From: Octopus sinensis
Taxonomy: Eukaryota
Assembly: GCF_006345805.1 (NCBI RefSeq)
Contig: NC_043023.1
Span: forward strand, 19,468,001 to 19,532,000
Direction: 5' to 3'
DNA length: 64,000 nt
The position numbers and the translations under genes are program-made. Below the pieces are notes generated by a model. The model had not been told where the DNA came from, made no database searches, and saw only the letters and a list, made by a program, of their open reading frames with translations. Of this stretch, positions 60,747 through 64,000 are shown one piece after another (the first letter of the stretch is position 1; each line of letters begins with the position of its first letter).

Positions 60747-62189
60747 GGTTTTCTCTTCTCAGTTTTTGTTTGGTGGGGAATGTATGGCCTTGTAAGGTGT
60801 ATGTGAAGCGACTGTGACGACCTTTGCAATTAATACAAACACAGGTGTAAAATAATGATGCAGAGTAGGAGCTGCCTTTGAGGTTTCTGAAGAAGGCAAA
60901 CATGTTTATTTATTTGCTCTGTCTGTGTTTTTATTTCTTTTTTGCTTCTTTTACAAAATACAAAAAGGAGTGTGTTGTTGTTGTTGTTATTATTATTATT
61001 ATTATTACTACCTGTGAGAGTCATTAGTCCACCACGGGAAATGCTTGGCTGTATTTCACCTGTTGTTGCATTCTGTGTTTGAATTCGGCCAAGGTTGACT
61101 TTACCTTTCATCCTTTTGGGGTTGATAAATCAAGTACCAGTTGCGTATTGGGGTCGATGTAATGAACTCATCCTCTCCCTCATAATCGGTGCCCTTGTAG
61201 CAAAATGCGAAACCATTGTTATTACTGTTATTGCAAGCTGGCAGAATTGTTAGCAGACTGGACGAAATGCTTGGTGGTGCTTTGCCTGTCACTATGTCGT
61301 GAGTTCAAATTCCACCAACGTTGACTTTGCTTTTCATCTTTTCAAGGTCAATGAATTAAGTACCAGTGAAACACTGGGGTCGATGTAATCGACTAGTCTC
61401 CTCCTGCAAAATATCAGGCCTTGTGCCTGTTGCAGAAAGGATTATTGTTGCTGCTGCTGCTGTTAACGATGATGATGATGATGAGGAGGAGGAGGAGGAG
61501 GAGGAGGTAGCAAGCTAGCAGAATTGTTAGCACACTGGGAAAACTGCTTTGTAGCACTTTGTCTGTCTGCATGTTCTGAGTTCAAATTCTGCTGAGATCA
61601 ACTTTGCCATTCATCCTTTCGGGGTTACTCTCTTTTACTCTTTTACTTGTTTCAGTCATTTGACTGCGGCCATGTTCGAGCACCGCCTTTAGTCGAGCAA
61701 ATCAACCACAGGACTTATTCTTTGTAAGCCCAGTACTTATTCTATCGGTCTCTTTTGCCGAACCGCTAAGTGACGGGGACATAAACACACCAGCATCAGT
61801 TGTCAAGCAATGCTAGGGGGACAAACACAGACACACAAACATACACATACATACATATACATATATACGACAGGCTTCTTTCAGTTTCCGTCTACCAAAT
61901 CCACTCACAAGGTTTTGGTCGGCCCGGGGCTATAGCAGAAGACACTTACCCAAGATGCCATGCAGTGGGACTGAACCCGGAACCATGTGGTTGGTAAACA
62001 AACTACTTACCACACAGCCACTCCTGCGGGTTGATAAATTAAGTACCAGTGAAACACTGGGGTCGATGTAATTGACTAGTCTCCTCCAGCCAAATGTCAG
62101 GCCTTGTGCCTTTGGTAGAAAGGATTATTATTATTGTTGTTGTTGTTGCTGTTGTAGTTGTTCAGATGGTGAGCTGGCAGAGTCATTAG

Positions 62190-62700
62190 TGCACTGATCA
62201 AAATAATGGAAACACCTTAAAATTTCAAACAAATTTATTTCAATATGGGGTAGGACTTCCTTTGGCAGTAATTACAGCTTGAATTCTCATACAAAGTTTG
62301 AATTGTTTTCAAAGGAATTTTTGTCCATTCTTCAGCTAAAACAGTCTCTAGTTCTTGTAGTGATGATGGTGGAGGATATCAACCCCTTCCTTGTTTTTCT
62401 ATAATATTAAAATCTGGGGACTGTGGTGGCCAGATAAAATGTTCAACTTCACTAGAATGTTCCTTGTGCCATTCACTAACAACTTTATCTGTGTGAATTG
62501 GTGTGTTATCATCCTGAAGGATTGCATTTTCCCCCAGAAACAATTCTGCAACCATAGGATGAATTTGATCAGATAAAATGCTTAAATAGTCTTGACTTTT
62601 AATTCTGCCATTGAAAGGAAACCATTGGGCTGGTGGATTTCCAAGATATAGCACCCCCATATCCTCACAGAATCTCCTCCATGTTTAACAATTGGAAAAA
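62190..62700 (-). mobile_element. Tc1-like transposase fragment (DDE region), 5' side cut off by a SINE
   Basis: PIVKHGGDSVRIWGC...ILQDDNTPIH...WPPQSPDFNIIE; TIR-like CACTGATCAAAATAATGGAAACACC at 62192-62216. Confidence 0.85.
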
Positions 62701-62709
62701 GGCAGATAG

Positions 62710-62767
<58 letters not shown>

Positions 62768-63061
62768 CAGGCTTCCTTCAGTTTTTGCATACCAAATCCA
62801 CTCACAAGGCTTTGGTCGGCCCGAGGCTATAGTAGAAGACACCTGTTCAAGGTGCCATGCAGTGGAACTGAACCCAGAACCATGTGGTTGGGAAGCAAGC
62901 TTCTTACCACACAGCCACGTTTGGTGACAGTTCGTCTGTCTTTATGAGTTCAAGTTCTGCCGAGGTTGTCTTTCATCCTTTTGGGGTTGATAAAATAAGT
63001 ACCAGTAGAGTACTGGGGTCAGTGTAAACAACTCCCCCTCCCCCCGATAATTTCAGGCCTT

Positions 63062-63470
63062 GTATCATACCACCTGTGTCATCTCTTGTGAAAGGTAGGA
63101 GAGTCCAGTTTGCTGGACATTGTTGTAGAATTGAAAACGAGGTAATCCCTGCTCTTCTCCTCTGGAAGCCATCTACTCGCGATACCAGAGGGTGCACACT
63201 CTCCTACCCTGATGTAATCTCCAGGGATACAGGCATCCAGCAACAGGACCTCCGTAATGCTATGATGGACCGTGAAGTCTGGCATTGCATGGTAAATTCC
63301 ATTGTCTCGACCACAGTCGCAATACCAGAGGGTGCACACTCTCCTACCCTGATGTAATCTCCAGGGATACAGGCATCCAGCAACAGGACCTCCGTAATGC
63401 TATGATGGACCGTGAAGTCTGGCGTAGCATGGTAAATTCCATTGTTTTGACCACGGTCGAACAATGATGA
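63062..63470 (+). mobile_element. RTE-X-like LINE 3' fragment with the same internal duplication as 31560-32095
   Basis: SSLVKGRRVQFAGHCCRIENEVIPALLLWKPSTRDTRGCTLSYPDVISRDTG; the 3' block is present twice. Confidence 0.78.
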
Positions 63471-64000
63471 CGCAGGCCTTGTGCCCAGCAGTCTGGGCAA
63501 AATACTCAGCAACATTTTTTTCCATTTTTACATTCTGAGTTCAAATTCTGCCGAGGTCGACTTTGCCTTTCATCTTTACGTGGTCGATAAAATAAAGTAC
63601 CGGTTGGTCAGTGGGGTCAATGCAATCAACCCCCAGCTGGCCTTGTGCTATAATTCGAAACCATTGTTGTTGTTATTAGTTTTTATTGTTGTTTAGGAAT
63701 TTATAAAAAGGTGTTTGATTACCTCATAGAAAGTTGTGTGTGTAAATGTATGTAATTGTAAATAAATAGAAATAGATATGTGTGTTGGTGCATGTATAAT
63801 TTTTGTTTTTGTTTGGCCCCAGGTCAGTCCTGATCCAGACAGACCTATGATCAAAGATGTTCCACCTGTGACCATCCCATCATTTATTCAGACCGAGTGT
63901 ATCTAGGACTACATTATCTAATGTACAGCACAGTAGTTAGTATTAGTGGTTATAGTTGTTGCTGCTGCTGCTATTTAGCCCCAGGTCAGTCCTGATCCAG

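Noticed and set aside
60748-60830. Acceptor-like TTTTCTCTTCTCAG as a candidate next CNOT6 exon
   Set aside because: The required phase reads LFVWWGMYGLVRCM-stop, with no similarity to the expected post-LRR PPxRPW segment.
60197-60903. Long YIYI/HTHT/CVCV ORFs (also at 25.9-26.5 kb and 33.6-34.1 kb)
   Set aside because: Dinucleotide microsatellite artefacts.

Overview
Eukaryotic, AT-rich, repeat-saturated animal genomic DNA. The SINE, LINE and microsatellite content suggests an octopus or other coleoid cephalopod; this is inference from recalled repeat families, not a database search. The only host gene I can support is a + strand CNOT6/CNOT6L (CCR4 deadenylase) orthologue. Three N-terminal/LRR coding exons are visible (37308-37419, 43017-43280, 56126-56224); the nuclease-domain exons were not found and probably lie beyond 64 kb. 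The rest is mostly tRNA-derived SINEs, 5'-truncated LINEs (RTE, RTE-X, CR1, Tx1/L1, CRE, R4/Dong-like), MITEs (piggyBac, hAT, Mutator-like, Helitron/Helentron-like), a Tc1 fragment and microsatellites. Two things stand out. (1) A 71-bp-arm palindrome at 28146-28297 encodes a minimal hammerhead-ribozyme motif on each strand, typical of Penelope-like termini, with related degenerate motifs at 15.1 and 17.6 kb. (2) Retroelement 3' ends have repeatedly been converted into local tandem arrays (units of 121, 311, 123, 89, 100, 58, ~175 and ~140 bp). Repeat boundaries are read by eye and approximate unless a TSD or splice site is quoted.
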